This document shows, one piece after another, positions 46,735 through 57,194 of a DNA stretch of 64,000 bases (position 1 is the first letter of the stretch; every line of letters starts with the position of its first letter). Below the pieces are notes generated by a model. It ran no database searches, was not told the DNA's origin, and saw only the letters and a list, made by a program, of their open reading frames with translations. The DNA is from Planctomycetaceae bacterium (GTDB taxonomy: Bacteria; Planctomycetota; Planctomycetia; Planctomycetales; Planctomycetaceae), in the NCBI GenBank assembly GCA_046339535.1, contig JBKDUK010000416.1, forward strand, positions 26,834 through 90,833, in the 5' to 3' direction. The translations under genes and the position numbers were made by a program.

Positions 46735-49164
46735 ATGTCTCACTCGACTTTCGTTACCGCTCTGGCCGGCTTTCTCGGTTGTTGGTTTTTCGGTGTCTCG
46801 GCTTTGGCCGCCCCGGACAAACCTCTCGATTTCACCCATGAAATCGTCCCCCTTCTGAGAAAACACTGCGCCAAGTGTCATACCGGTGCACGAAAACAGG
46901 GAGGTTTTTCATTTGATACGCGCCGCAGCCTCATTCAGGGGGGTGAATCGGGTGTGTCTGTCGCGGTCGGCGACTCTTCAAAAAGTCCTCTTGTCGAGCG
47001 GATCACCTCGCGGGATTCCGACCTGCAAATGCCTCCGGAAGGGCCACGGCTGACCGATGCCGAAGTTTCACTGATCCGTCGTTGGATCGACTCCGGGCTC
47101 CCTTGGGATGATGGATTCGCCTTTGCGAAAAGCAACTATGAAGCCCCTCTGCTGCCTCGCGAGGTGAAGCTTCCCGAAGCCAAACCGGGCCGCGACCATC
47201 CAATTGATCGACTGGTCGACGCCCATCCGAACCAACCCGCTCCCCGCGCCGGTATTTCCGATCGCGAGTTTGCCCGGCGTGTCTCGCTGGACCTGACCGG
47301 TTTACTCCCCACCCCGGAGCAACTGAAGGATTTTCTGGATCATCCTCCCCAAACCCGTCGTCAGCAGTTGATCGACAGTCTGCTCGACAACTCGATCGCT
47401 TATGCCGACCATTGGCTGACGTTCTGGAACGATATTCTGCGAAATGATTACACCGGAACCGGGTTTATCACCGGTGGCCGGAAGCAAATCACCTCCTGGC
47501 TGCATACCTCGCTGGTCGCCAACAAGCCTTACGACACAATGGTCAGGGAACTGATTTCCCCCACTCCGGAATCGGAGGGATTCATCCAGGGGATTCGCTG
47601 GCGGGGTGAGGTTTCAGCCAGTCAAACCAATGAAATCCAGTTTGCGCAGAGCATTTCCCAGGCATTTCTGGGCATCAACCTCAAGTGCGCCTCGTGTCAC
47701 GACAGTTTCATCGACCGCTGGAAACTGCAAGAAGCCTATGGGCTTGCAGCGATTTATGCCGATGCCCCGCTCCCGGTCTTTCGCTGCGACAAGCCAACGG
47801 GTGAAGTGGCCCAGCCTGTCTGGTTGTTCCCCGAGCTCGGACAGGTCGACCCGCAGGCCCCTAAAGCTGAGCGGCTCCGGCAACTCGCGAACCTGCTGAC
47901 CCACCCGCAAAATGGACGCCTGAGCCGGTCGATTGTCAACCGCCTCTGGCACCGACTGATGGGGCTGGGACTGGTCCATCCCGTCGATGCCCTGAACACC
48001 GAGCCCCGCGATTCGAATCTTCTCGATTACCTCGCCTGGGACTTCAGCCAGCACGGATACGATCTGAAGCACACCTTGCGATTGATCGCCACCTCGGCCA
48101 CCTACCAGCAGGAGATCCCTGCCGACAGCTCCCCCGAGGGTGAGAATTGGCAGGACCTCAGCCCGATTCCCCGACGAATGACGGCGGAGCAGTTCGTCGA
48201 CGCCGTCTGGCAACTGACCGGCAGTCATCCTGCCAAGGCCGACGCGGTTGTGACCCGGCGGGTGGCCCCTGGCAATCCGGGCTCCCGGCCACAGGCCCGG
48301 TGGATCTGGACAAACGATCAGAAACAGTCGGCCTCTCCCGGCGGAGAGACGGCCACTTTCGAAGTGTCATTCAAACTGCCCGTTCTACCCCAGGACGCCG
48401 CAATCGCCCTGACCTGCGACAATGACTATGTCCTGTTCGTCAACGGTCGCCGCATTGCCGCCGATGCAAACTGGGAGACTGTCGAAGTCGTCTCACCAGT
48501 CGATTTCTTGCGGGCGGGAGACAACACGCTTCGCATTGTGGCCAAAAACGGGGGCGAAGGCCCCAATCCCGCCGGACTGCTGGTGGTGGGACAGATCCGC
48601 ATTCCCGGCCAGCCGTTGATCACCATCACCACGGGGCCCGACTGGCGCTGGACGCGGAGGGTTCCCGATGGCGAGGGAGAATTCTCTGCCGACCCGCAAG
48701 ATTGGGCACCAGCCGTTACCTTGGCCGAACCCACCGTCTGGTCGGGCAGGATCGGCGATGCGCCGTCGCAAGCGTTGGAAGAGGCGCTCGACCCACAACG
48801 GGCCCGGGTTCGGGCCGCTCTGGTCAAGGCGGATGAACTGATGCGGGCTTTGGGAAGGCCCAACCGAGATCAAATTGTGACCAGCCGGCCCACTCAGTTC
48901 ACCACGCTGGAGGCCCTGGAACTGGCCAATGGCGATGCCCTGAAAGCAATGCTCGAGGCGGGCGCACAGCGTCTTGCCAGGCGTTTCGCCGAACGTCCGG
49001 CCGAACTGGTCGACTGGTTGTACACCTTTGGCACGTCCCATCCCCCCAGTGACCACACCCGGGAAGCCGCGCTCCAGTTCCTGGGGAAGAACCCGCAGGC
49101 CCCCGACGTGGAAGATCTGTTGTGGTCATTGGTGCTGCAACCCGAGTTTCTCCACGTTCGCTGA
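46735..49164 (+). CDS. planctomycete cytochrome C (PSCyt) - DUF1549 - DUF1553 domain protein
   Basis: 809 aa with a signal peptide. FTHEIVPLLRKHCAKCHTG (haem CxxCH), DUF1549 block (RRVSLDLTGLLPTPEQLKDF), and CASCHDSFIDRW of DUF1553. Confidence 0.85.
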   Translation: MSHSTFVTALAGFLGCWFFGVSALAAPDKPLDFTHEIVPLLRKHCAKCHTGARKQGGFSFDTRRSLIQGGESGVSVAVGDSSKSPLVERITSRDSDLQMPPEGPRLTDAEVSLIRRWIDSGLPWDDGFAFAKSNYEAPLLPREVKLPEAKPGRDHPIDRLVDAHPNQPAPRAGISDREFARRVSLDLTGLLPTPEQLKDFLDHPPQTRRQQLIDSLLDNSIAYADHWLTFWNDILRNDYTGTGFITGGRKQITSWLHTSLVANKPYDTMVRELISPTPESEGFIQGIRWRGEVSASQTNEIQFAQSISQAFLGINLKCASCHDSFIDRWKLQEAYGLAAIYADAPLPVFRCDKPTGEVAQPVWLFPELGQVDPQAPKAERLRQLANLLTHPQNGRLSRSIVNRLWHRLMGLGLVHPVDALNTEPRDSNLLDYLAWDFSQHGYDLKHTLRLIATSATYQQEIPADSSPEGENWQDLSPIPRRMTAEQFVDAVWQLTGSHPAKADAVVTRRVAPGNPGSRPQARWIWTNDQKQSASPGGETATFEVSFKLPVLPQDAAIALTCDNDYVLFVNGRRIAADANWETVEVVSPVDFLRAGDNTLRIVAKNGGEGPNPAGLLVVGQIRIPGQPLITITTGPDWRWTRRVPDGEGEFSADPQDWAPAVTLAEPTVWSGRIGDAPSQALEEALDPQRARVRAALVKADELMRALGRPNRDQIVTSRPTQFTTLEALELANGDALKAMLEAGAQRLARRFAERPAELVDWLYTFGTSHPPSDHTREAALQFLGKNPQAPDVEDLLWSLVLQPEFLHVR

Positions 49165-49260
49165 CGAGAGTGTCGCCATCGTCTCAGTCCGCCTGAACGA
49201 CGGATCTCCCTTCTGCCAGATGGCACACAGGCCGAAAGTCGTTTTCACACCCGTTTCAAG

Positions 49261-50763
49261 ATGGTTAAAGGACTGTCCCCCAGGACACGTTCGGAGGATT
49301 CTGAGATGTTCCACCCCGATTGCCCCGAAAAGGGAATCCCGTCCCGGAATGAGCAGCAGGCTCGCCGTCTGTTTTTGCAGCAACTCTCCGCCGCTTCGGC
49401 AGCCGCCTGGGCGGGGGCAGCCCCCCGCTTGCTGACCGCCGAAGATGGTTCGGACAAGGCCCCCCCAGCTACAGCCGACGCCTGTATCGTGCTCTGGATG
49501 GCCGGGGGCATGGCCGCTCCCGAGACCTTTGACCCGAAACGCTATCATCCGTTCGAGATCGGCACGCCAGTCGAGAAGGTGATGAGCACGTTCCGCTCGA
49601 TCGACACTGCGGTCGACAACATCAAAATCTGCGAGGGGTTGGAAGAAATCGGTCAGGTGCTCGACCGGGGCACCCTGATTCGCTCGCATGTGCTGCCCGA
49701 CCTGGGAAGCATTCTGCATTCGCGTCACCAGTATCACTGGCATACTGGATATGTTCCTCCCCAGACGGTGGCGGCACCCCATATTGGGGCGTGGATGTCG
49801 CGGGTCCTGGGCCCCCGCAACCCGGTGATCCCGGCGTTCATCAACATTGGCCAGAGGCTCGAAGGGATTGGCGAAAACGAAGAGATCAAGGCTTTCACCC
49901 AGGCCGGCTTTTTCTGCAGCGACCATGGCCCGATGAACCTGCCTTTTCCGGAAGAGGCGGCCCGGGCGGTCAAACCCCCTCGTGGGATGGACCCGATGCG
50001 CTTCTCGAAGCGCGAGAGACTCTACAAGGAACTTCTCAAGCGAACCGACGCCAGCGAATTCCGGCAAGACTCGCTGCTCCGTTCTCTCGAGAACGCCCAC
50101 CGCCTGCTGGGCTCCGCGGATCGGGAGGCCTTCGACATTTCCCGGGAGCCCAAAGAAAGCTTTGATCGCTACAACACCGGCCGGTTTGGCCAGGGATGTC
50201 TGCTGGCCCGACGGCTGGTCGAGGCGGGAGCCCGGTATGTCGAGGTCACCACCGAGTACATTCCCTTTGTCCATTGGGATACCCATGCCAATGGACATGA
50301 GACGGTGGACCGGCTGCACCACGAGATCGACCGCCCCATCGCGACGCTGATCCGTGATCTGGAATCACGGGGGCTGCTCGACCGGACCCTTGTCGTGCTG
50401 GCCAGCGAATTCAGCCGCGACATGATTATCGAGGGGGTCCCCGGATCTACGGCGAAAGACCAGGCCACGGCCCCCACCGATGTCCTGCGGGAACTGAAGC
50501 ACTATGGCATGCACCGGCATTTCACCGGAGCCTCCTGCGTGCTGATGTTTGGCGGGGGAATCAAGCGGGGGTTCCTGTATGGGGAAACCGCTCCGGAGCG
50601 CCCCTGCATCGCCATCAAGAATCCGATCTCAGTGCGGGACCTGCATGCGACCATCTTCACCGCGATGGGAATCAGCCCGGCCACCTCGTTCGAGGTGGAA
50701 CGCCGACCTTTCTACGCGACAGAAGACGGCAAGGGCCAGGCCGCCCGCGATTTGTTTGCCTAA
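49261..50763 (+). CDS. DUF1501 domain protein (Tat signal)
   Basis: 500 aa. Twin-arginine signal (QQARRLFLQQLSAASAAAWAGA), typical DUF1501 blocks. The alternative start ATG at about 49306 is equally plausible. Confidence 0.85.
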   Translation: MVKGLSPRTRSEDSEMFHPDCPEKGIPSRNEQQARRLFLQQLSAASAAAWAGAAPRLLTAEDGSDKAPPATADACIVLWMAGGMAAPETFDPKRYHPFEIGTPVEKVMSTFRSIDTAVDNIKICEGLEEIGQVLDRGTLIRSHVLPDLGSILHSRHQYHWHTGYVPPQTVAAPHIGAWMSRVLGPRNPVIPAFINIGQRLEGIGENEEIKAFTQAGFFCSDHGPMNLPFPEEAARAVKPPRGMDPMRFSKRERLYKELLKRTDASEFRQDSLLRSLENAHRLLGSADREAFDISREPKESFDRYNTGRFGQGCLLARRLVEAGARYVEVTTEYIPFVHWDTHANGHETVDRLHHEIDRPIATLIRDLESRGLLDRTLVVLASEFSRDMIIEGVPGSTAKDQATAPTDVLRELKHYGMHRHFTGASCVLMFGGGIKRGFLYGETAPERPCIAIKNPISVRDLHATIFTAMGISPATSFEVERRPFYATEDGKGQAARDLFA

Positions 50764-50769
50764 CCTCTG

Positions 50770-52725
50770 ATGGCCCGCTCCAGTGCCTCACCATCCACTC
50801 CGGTGAAGGGCCAGACCATGGCCTCCGGATATCGTGTCAGCCCGAACGACCTCGCTTCCATGCAGTCTGGAACCCACTGTCTGATGTATTCGCTGCTGGG
50901 TGCCCATCCCGATTCGGTCGATGGTGTCGCCGGCAGCCGCTGCGCTGTCTGGGCTCCCAACGCCCGCGAGGTTTCGGTCGTGTTCGACGCGAATGGATGG
51001 GAACACGGGCGGCATCAGCTGGGTTCCTCCGATGCCGGGATCTGGTCGGGCTTCGTCCCGGGGTTGTGCCACGGGATGGCCTACAAGTATTCGCTGCAGG
51101 AGCAGTCTGGTCAGATCGAGCAGAAGTCTGATCCTGTCGCCTTCCACGCCGAATTGCGTCCCAAGTCCGCCTCGATTGTCTACGAGCTTTCGGGCTACGA
51201 CTGGCACGACCTCGACTGGCTGCGGCGACGGGAACGGACCAATTGGCTGGAACAACCCGTCTCGATTTACGAAGTGCAACTTGGCTCATGGCGGCGTCCC
51301 CGCGATGGCCGGGCATTTTTCAACTATCGCGAACTGGCCCACATGCTGGTCGACTACGCCCATCAAATGGGCTACACCCACCTGCAATTGCTGCCGATCA
51401 CCGAGTATCCGTTCGACGGATCGTGGGGTTACCAGACCACCGGCTACTTCGCACCCACCAGCCGCTTTGGAACTCCCCACGATTTCATGTATTTCGTCGA
51501 TCACTGCCATCGGAATGGCATCGGGGTGCTGGTCGACTGGGTTCCCGCCCATTTCCCCAGCGACGCGCACGGCCTGGAGCGATTCGACGGGACGTGTCTC
51601 TACGAACATGAAGATCCCCGCCAGGGATCGCACCCCGACTGGGGCACACTGGTCTTCAACTACGGACGGACTGAAGTCCGCAACTTCCTGCTCTCGAGCG
51701 CGCGATTCTGGCTCGATGTCTATCACGTCGATGGGCTGCGAGTCGATGCCGTCGCCTCGATGCTGTATCTCGACTACTCCCGCAAACCGGGAGAGTGGAT
51801 TCCCAACCCCTACGGCGGCCGGGAAAACCTCGAGGCGGTCCAATTCCTGCAGGATCTCAACACCATCGTCCACGGCGAATTTCCCGGCGTGGTCACCATC
51901 GCCGAGGAATCGACCGCCTGGGGAGGCGTTTCACGTCCGGTCTATACGGGGGGCCTCGGGTTCACCATGAAATGGGACATGGGGTGGATGAATGACACCC
52001 TGCGCTACCTGCGGCGCGATCCCATACACCGTCAGTACCACCAGAATGAGTTGTCGTTCCGGATGGTCTATGCCTTCACAGAGAACTTCGTCCTGCCCCT
52101 CTCCCATGACGAAGTGGTGCACGGCAAGCGTTCACTGGTGTCGCAGATGCCGGGAGATTATTGGCAGCGGTTCGCCAACCTGCGCCTGTTGTACGCGTAC
52201 CAGTACACCACCCCTGGCAAGAAGCTGCTGTTCATGGGAGGCGAACTGGGCCAGTGGACCGAGTGGAACCATGACCAGGAGATCGACTGGGCGCTCTGCG
52301 GGCATGCCTCCCATGATGGTGTCCGCCGGCTCGTGGGGGATCTCAACCGCATTTACCGCGAGTCGTTCCCCCTGCATGAGCTCGACATGCAATCCGAAGG
52401 ATTCCGGTGGATTTCGTGCGACGACTCGGCCAATAGCGTGTTCGCCTGGCTCAGACTCGGAAGAAATCCCAGGGATTTCCTGATTGTTGCGATGAACTGC
52501 ACCCCAGTCCCACGCGATGGCTATCGTCTCGGAGTTCCTGCCAACGGCTATTTCACCGAACTGTTCAACAGCGATGCCGCCATCTACGGGGGAAGCAATC
52601 TGGGCAATCTGGGAGGGGTCTATTCTGAACCGATCCCCCTGCATGGCCAGCCCCACAGCATCCGTGTCTGTCTGCCCCCTCTCGCGCTGTTGGTGATGCG
52701 CCCGGTAACGCCCCGGGCCGGGTGA
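50770..52725 (+). CDS. glgB: 1,4-alpha-glucan branching enzyme
   Basis: 651 aa. GH13 catalytic signatures [39 protein letters not shown]. It has the short-N-terminus GlgB architecture. Confidence 0.9.
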   Translation: MARSSASPSTPVKGQTMASGYRVSPNDLASMQSGTHCLMYSLLGAHPDSVDGVAGSRCAVWAPNAREVSVVFDANGWEHGRHQLGSSDAGIWSGFVPGLCHGMAYKYSLQEQSGQIEQKSDPVAFHAELRPKSASIVYELSGYDWHDLDWLRRRERTNWLEQPVSIYEVQLGSWRRPRDGRAFFNYRELAHMLVDYAHQMGYTHLQLLPITEYPFDGSWGYQTTGYFAPTSRFGTPHDFMYFVDHCHRNGIGVLVDWVPAHFPSDAHGLERFDGTCLYEHEDPRQGSHPDWGTLVFNYGRTEVRNFLLSSARFWLDVYHVDGLRVDAVASMLYLDYSRKPGEWIPNPYGGRENLEAVQFLQDLNTIVHGEFPGVVTIAEESTAWGGVSRPVYTGGLGFTMKWDMGWMNDTLRYLRRDPIHRQYHQNELSFRMVYAFTENFVLPLSHDEVVHGKRSLVSQMPGDYWQRFANLRLLYAYQYTTPGKKLLFMGGELGQWTEWNHDQEIDWALCGHASHDGVRRLVGDLNRIYRESFPLHELDMQSEGFRWISCDDSANSVFAWLRLGRNPRDFLIVAMNCTPVPRDGYRLGVPANGYFTELFNSDAAIYGGSNLGNLGGVYSEPIPLHGQPHSIRVCLPPLALLVMRPVTPRAG

Positions 52726-52967
52726 GTTTGATTGGCATTTGAGTTCCGGCTCCACAGGGAAGTCCCGCCGTGCCCCAATCATTCGCTGACTGCCAGATCG
52801 CGATGCACCGCTCGGCAGCTTGATGCCCCCGGGAATGCGACCGAGCCCGCTTCGGTTGCCGGCAGAGACGATGACGGATCTCGGACTCCTTTTCATTCGC
52901 AAATCGCGGGGTTATCGTCTGGCAGTCTGGAACTTTCGATGTCGCCCGTCGCACGGAGCTTCGCGCC

Positions 52968-54749
52968 ATGAAGAAACGACTGTGTCTCTCACTGGTGGTC
53001 TGGCAAGTATCCCTGGCCGTCTGCCTGGCACCACTGCAGGCCCAGGAAACTGGCTGGCCCTCGACCGTGGCCACGAATGCGAAACTGGTATCGGTCTACA
53101 GCGATCCTCGTTTTTTCGAAGGCCCGGTCTGGGACGGAGTGACCGGCAAGCTGTATTTCACGGCGTTTGGAAAAGAAAAGGCCGATACCCAGATTCTTTG
53201 TCTCGACGAGCCCGGCAAGGTGACTGTCTGGGCCGACAAAACCGAGGGAGTCAACGGTATGGCCCTCGGAAACGATGGACGATTGATCGGTGCCCAGGCG
53301 TTTGGTCATCGCATCCTCAGTTACGCCATCGGTCCGAATGGACCGACCGACACCCAGGTGCTGCTGTTCAACACCGCGCTGCACCAGCCCAACGATGTCG
53401 CCCAGGCTCCCAACGGAGACATCTACTTCACCGATCCCGATTTCGACGGGAAGAACAAAACCAGTGCCGTGCACCTGCTGACAGCCAACGGCACCTCACG
53501 CAAGATCATTGAGGACATGCAGGTCCCCAATGGACTCAAGGTTTCGAACGACGGGCGCTGGCTGTACGTGGCCGACGATGGTCCGATGAACTGGCGACGG
53601 TATCCCATTCAGGCCGACGGCACCGTCGGTGCCGGCCGGCTCTTTTTCGATCCTCCCGTCGCCGCTGACAAGCGGACGGCTCCCGACGGTTTCACCATCG
53701 ACGAACGGGGCAACCTCTACCTCTCGGGCAGCGGCGGGGTCTGGGTGGTCGATCGCGATGGGGTCTCCCTGGGCCTCATCCCCATTCCCGAGTTCTGTTC
53801 AAACGTGGCGTTTGGCGGACCAGACGGCAAGACGCTCTACATGACGTGCGACAAGCAGGTCTACAGTCTCGCGATGAAGGTCCGCGGAGGTCAGTTCACC
53901 CGTACCAACAAGCCGCGCGACGCGGCTGCCTCGCCCCTGGTGGGGGCCGCCCCCCAACCCTCCTATCTGCTGCAGCAGAATGTGCAGTATGGCACCGGTG
54001 GCGGAGAGCCGTTGACCCTCCATTTCGCTCGTCCCGCCACAGGCAATGGTCCGTTTCCCGTCGTGGTGTTCATCCATGGTGGCGGCTGGTCGGGGGGCAA
54101 GAAAGAAGACCATACGGCACAGGCCATCGAGGCGGCTCAAAAGGGTTATGCCTCGGCCACCATCGGCTATCGTTTGGCCCCCAAGCATCGCTTCCCGGCT
54201 CAGGTGGAAGATGTGAAGTGCGCGATCCGCTGGCTGCGAGCCCACGCCAAGGACCTCAAGATCCGTCCCGACCGGATCGGTGCAGTCGGATTCTCAGCCG
54301 GTGCCCACCTGGCCATGATGCTGGGAACGATGGATCCCGCTGATGGCCTGGAGGGCGAAGGGGGTTGGCACGATCAGTCGAGCAAGGTACAGGTGGTGGT
54401 CGACTTCGTCGGCCCGACAGATCTGTCCGCCACACTACCCGAAGTGTCTCAAGGCATTCTCAAGAACTTCCTGGGAGGACCCCGGGAGGAAATGCCCGAA
54501 GCCTACAAGAAGGCCTCGCCCATCACCTATGTGAACGCCGGCGACGCCCCCATGCTGTTGATGCAGGGAACCAAGGACCCGCTGGTCCCGGGAGAACAGG
54601 CCTGGTTCATGGCCGAAGCCCTCACCAACGCCGGTATCCCTGGACGCGTCGAACTGATGCTGGGGGACGGACATGGCTGGGGAGGCAAGAAACTCGAGGA
54701 TTCGGTCCGCGGAATGTGGGAATTCCTCGACCGCAATCTCAAACCCTGA
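52968..54749 (+). CDS. secreted fusion protein: N-terminal SMP-30/gluconolactonase/LRE-like beta-propeller + C-terminal alpha/beta-hydrolase esterase
   Basis: 593 aa with a signal peptide. The N-half has SGL-type repeats (GPVWDG, GDIYFTDP, PNGLKVSNDGRWLYVAD, PDGFTIDERGNLY). The C-half has the esterase oxyanion motif VFIHGGGW, the nucleophile elbow GFSAGAHLA (GxSxG), an Asp, and His in GDGHGW. Confidence 0.8.
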   Translation: MKKRLCLSLVVWQVSLAVCLAPLQAQETGWPSTVATNAKLVSVYSDPRFFEGPVWDGVTGKLYFTAFGKEKADTQILCLDEPGKVTVWADKTEGVNGMALGNDGRLIGAQAFGHRILSYAIGPNGPTDTQVLLFNTALHQPNDVAQAPNGDIYFTDPDFDGKNKTSAVHLLTANGTSRKIIEDMQVPNGLKVSNDGRWLYVADDGPMNWRRYPIQADGTVGAGRLFFDPPVAADKRTAPDGFTIDERGNLYLSGSGGVWVVDRDGVSLGLIPIPEFCSNVAFGGPDGKTLYMTCDKQVYSLAMKVRGGQFTRTNKPRDAAASPLVGAAPQPSYLLQQNVQYGTGGGEPLTLHFARPATGNGPFPVVVFIHGGGWSGGKKEDHTAQAIEAAQKGYASATIGYRLAPKHRFPAQVEDVKCAIRWLRAHAKDLKIRPDRIGAVGFSAGAHLAMMLGTMDPADGLEGEGGWHDQSSKVQVVVDFVGPTDLSATLPEVSQGILKNFLGGPREEMPEAYKKASPITYVNAGDAPMLLMQGTKDPLVPGEQAWFMAEALTNAGIPGRVELMLGDGHGWGGKKLEDSVRGMWEFLDRNLKP

Positions 54750-54829
54750 TCTGGTTCTCAGTCACCTGTCATTCACCGAAGGGTTTCCCGCCTGACTACT
54801 TCGGGGGTTGATCATGGCTTTCGGGAGTC

Positions 54830-55555
54830 TCAGTGCGAACAGATCGTCCAGTGCCGGTCGCTGGTAGCCGTCACCCAGGAGGACGGCAGGCCCACCTGCT
54901 GTAACAGGTGGGCCACTTCATCGACGGTCAGGGCGGCCCGCAACGACTCGGCGAACAACCGCCGCTGGTGCGGATTGGCACCGGCGGCATGTTGCTCGAC
55001 CAGGCATTCCAGGATCGCCTGATCAGTCGGACGCATCAGGTCCCGCACAAACAAGGCACCGCCGGGTCGCAATACCCGCACCATCTCGCGCAGAGAATGC
55101 AGCGGCTCCGGGATGTGGTGAATGATGCTGTTCGAAATGACGGCGTCGTAACTCGCCGATGCATACGGAAGTCGCTTGGCATCCACCAGTTCCAGGCGAA
55201 TGGCCGCGGTCACTCCTGCCCGCTCCAGATTGCGCTGCCCCAATTTCAGCATCTCGCGGGACAGGTCAATCGCCACGATGTCGACATCGGGCCGGCGCCG
55301 GACAATCTCAATCGGGATTTGGGCCGTCCCCGTTCCCACATCCAAAACCCGGCAGCGCCCCGCAGGCCGGTCGGTGCTGTTCTGCAGCAACTGGGCGAAC
55401 TGATCGGCAAACAGACCATTCACGAACGAATGATCCATCGTGTCGTAGTCGAGTGCCTCCTCGGCCGTGTCCATCACTTCCGGTTCCAGCACACGCGACA
55501 ACATCGGAACATCCTCTTCATTTTCAAGGTGGGGGCCAGAGTGCCGCCGGGGCAT
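54830..55555 (-). CDS. class I SAM-dependent methyltransferase
   Basis: 241 aa. SAM motif VLDVGTGTAQIP and DIVAIDLS. The last gene of a minus-strand run after the PQQ-propeller gene (stop/start adjacent). Confidence 0.8.
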   Translation of the reverse strand: MPRRHSGPHLENEEDVPMLSRVLEPEVMDTAEEALDYDTMDHSFVNGLFADQFAQLLQNSTDRPAGRCRVLDVGTGTAQIPIEIVRRRPDVDIVAIDLSREMLKLGQRNLERAGVTAAIRLELVDAKRLPYASASYDAVISNSIIHHIPEPLHSLREMVRVLRPGGALFVRDLMRPTDQAILECLVEQHAAGANPHQRRLFAESLRAALTVDEVAHLLQQVGLPSSWVTATSDRHWTICSH

Positions 55556-57076
55556 TCATTCCGCAGCCAGGTCGAGCGCAATCAGGTGGTACTCATAATC
55601 GGTGAACCCACCCAGCCCCCGGAACTGACGGGCCCCGGTGATGAACAACCGCCGGCGTGAGAGCACGGGTGCCGTCCAGCACGGATAGCCCATCTCGGGA
55701 AATTTCACCCGGCTGATCTCCCGAAACTCTTTGGGATTCAGATCGACGAGGGCCAGGGTTCCCCGTTCTCCCATCACGATCAGCCGACCATCTGCGAGGA
55801 TAGCTGAGCCGCGGCCATAGTACCTGGGAACACTGACCCCCAGGCCTGCCTTCGGGTCGGGTTCTTCGTCTTCGTTCACATCGCGGGTTCGCCACATCAG
55901 CTCACCATCACTCGCCCGCAGGCATCGCAGGTTCGAGCCCGGTTCGTGCCGTCCGCTGAAGCCGTACAGAAAACCGTGATGCTCGATGGTGGTGGACCAG
56001 TGCGTTTGCATTGCGTCAAGGTCTTTCCAGACTTCTTCCGCTCCCTTGCCATCGGGCTGGACCTTCAGCATCAAGGCACCGGTCTCATATGCCGCCGAGA
56101 GAAAAATCTGGTCGCCGGTCACCACCGGTCGGGCCGCATTGACCGAATCATGAATTGGCGACCGGAACCAGGTGGCGAAGTTGACCTCGCCCGTCTCGGG
56201 TTCGAGCGAGACCAGTCCCGGCCGCATGAAACAGAGTAGATGTTTGCGGCCGTGAATCGTGGCCAGCAATGGAGACGAGTAACTGGCCAGCTTGGCGGGA
56301 GGCCGGTCGCGCTCGATCCGCATGGGGGCATTGGGAAATGTTTCCGGGCCAACGTTTTCCCAGAGTGTTTTCCCGGTCTTCCGATCGAAGGCGACCATCC
56401 CCGACTTGGGGTGCCCGCCCACCATCACAAACAACCGGTCGCCATCCAGAACGGGAGTCGAACCGACGCCAAAAAAACCGCGGGGAATCCGGAAGTCTTT
56501 CTGCGTATCACGCTGCCAGATCTGTTTTCCGGACGCAAGATCGAGGCACGTGAGCTTCCCCTCGGCTCCATAGGTGAAGCAGTGCTCAGCGGTCAGCAGC
56601 GGAGAACAGCGGGGACCGCCATTGTATCCGTAGGGATCACTGAAACTGGTTGGGTACGAGTGACTCCAGACCTCCGCCCCGGTCTCGGGAACAAAACAGT
56701 CGATTCGCTCTTCGTCCTCGATGCGATGAAAGAACACCAGCCGGTCGCCCCGGATCGACGGGGCGGCGTAGCCTTCACCCACCTTCTTTTTCCACAACAC
56801 CGGCGGCCCCTTCGCGGCCCATTCCGGCAAGAGTCCCGTCTCTCCCGAGATCCCCGTTCCCCGGGGCCCCAGAAACTCGGGCCAGTCCTCACCCATTCGC
56901 CTCTGGGCCGGCGTAATGCCCGCCTGGGTCTGGGGAACTTCCGGGATCTCTTCCCGGTGGAAGTGCGGATTGGCGGAAGATCCCCGCTGGTCATCCCCAC
57001 GCCCAACGGCGGTGAACACACTCAGCAGGCCGACACCAGCGAGGGCCCAACCCCAGCCACGACGCGCATTTGGCAT
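55556..57076 (-). CDS. PQQ-like (BamB/quinoprotein-type) beta-propeller repeat protein, secreted
   Basis: ORF 55556..57304 trimmed to MPNARRGWGWALAGVGLLSVFTAVG (signal). Has repeated PQQ-like W-motifs (GAEVWSH, GKQIWQRD, GKTLWEN, GELMWRTRD). Confidence 0.75.
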   Translation of the reverse strand: MPNARRGWGWALAGVGLLSVFTAVGRGDDQRGSSANPHFHREEIPEVPQTQAGITPAQRRMGEDWPEFLGPRGTGISGETGLLPEWAAKGPPVLWKKKVGEGYAAPSIRGDRLVFFHRIEDEERIDCFVPETGAEVWSHSYPTSFSDPYGYNGGPRCSPLLTAEHCFTYGAEGKLTCLDLASGKQIWQRDTQKDFRIPRGFFGVGSTPVLDGDRLFVMVGGHPKSGMVAFDRKTGKTLWENVGPETFPNAPMRIERDRPPAKLASYSSPLLATIHGRKHLLCFMRPGLVSLEPETGEVNFATWFRSPIHDSVNAARPVVTGDQIFLSAAYETGALMLKVQPDGKGAEEVWKDLDAMQTHWSTTIEHHGFLYGFSGRHEPGSNLRCLRASDGELMWRTRDVNEDEEPDPKAGLGVSVPRYYGRGSAILADGRLIVMGERGTLALVDLNPKEFREISRVKFPEMGYPCWTAPVLSRRRLFITGARQFRGLGGFTDYEYHLIALDLAAE

Positions 57077-57194
57077 GACGCCACCCGTTCCATCCCGAGT
57101 TCCAGGCACAGTCACCGCGCGGGCGTCCGCTGTCGCCGAACCAGACGCTTCCGAATTGAATCGCATTTCCCCTCCGGAATTCAAGGACAACGTG

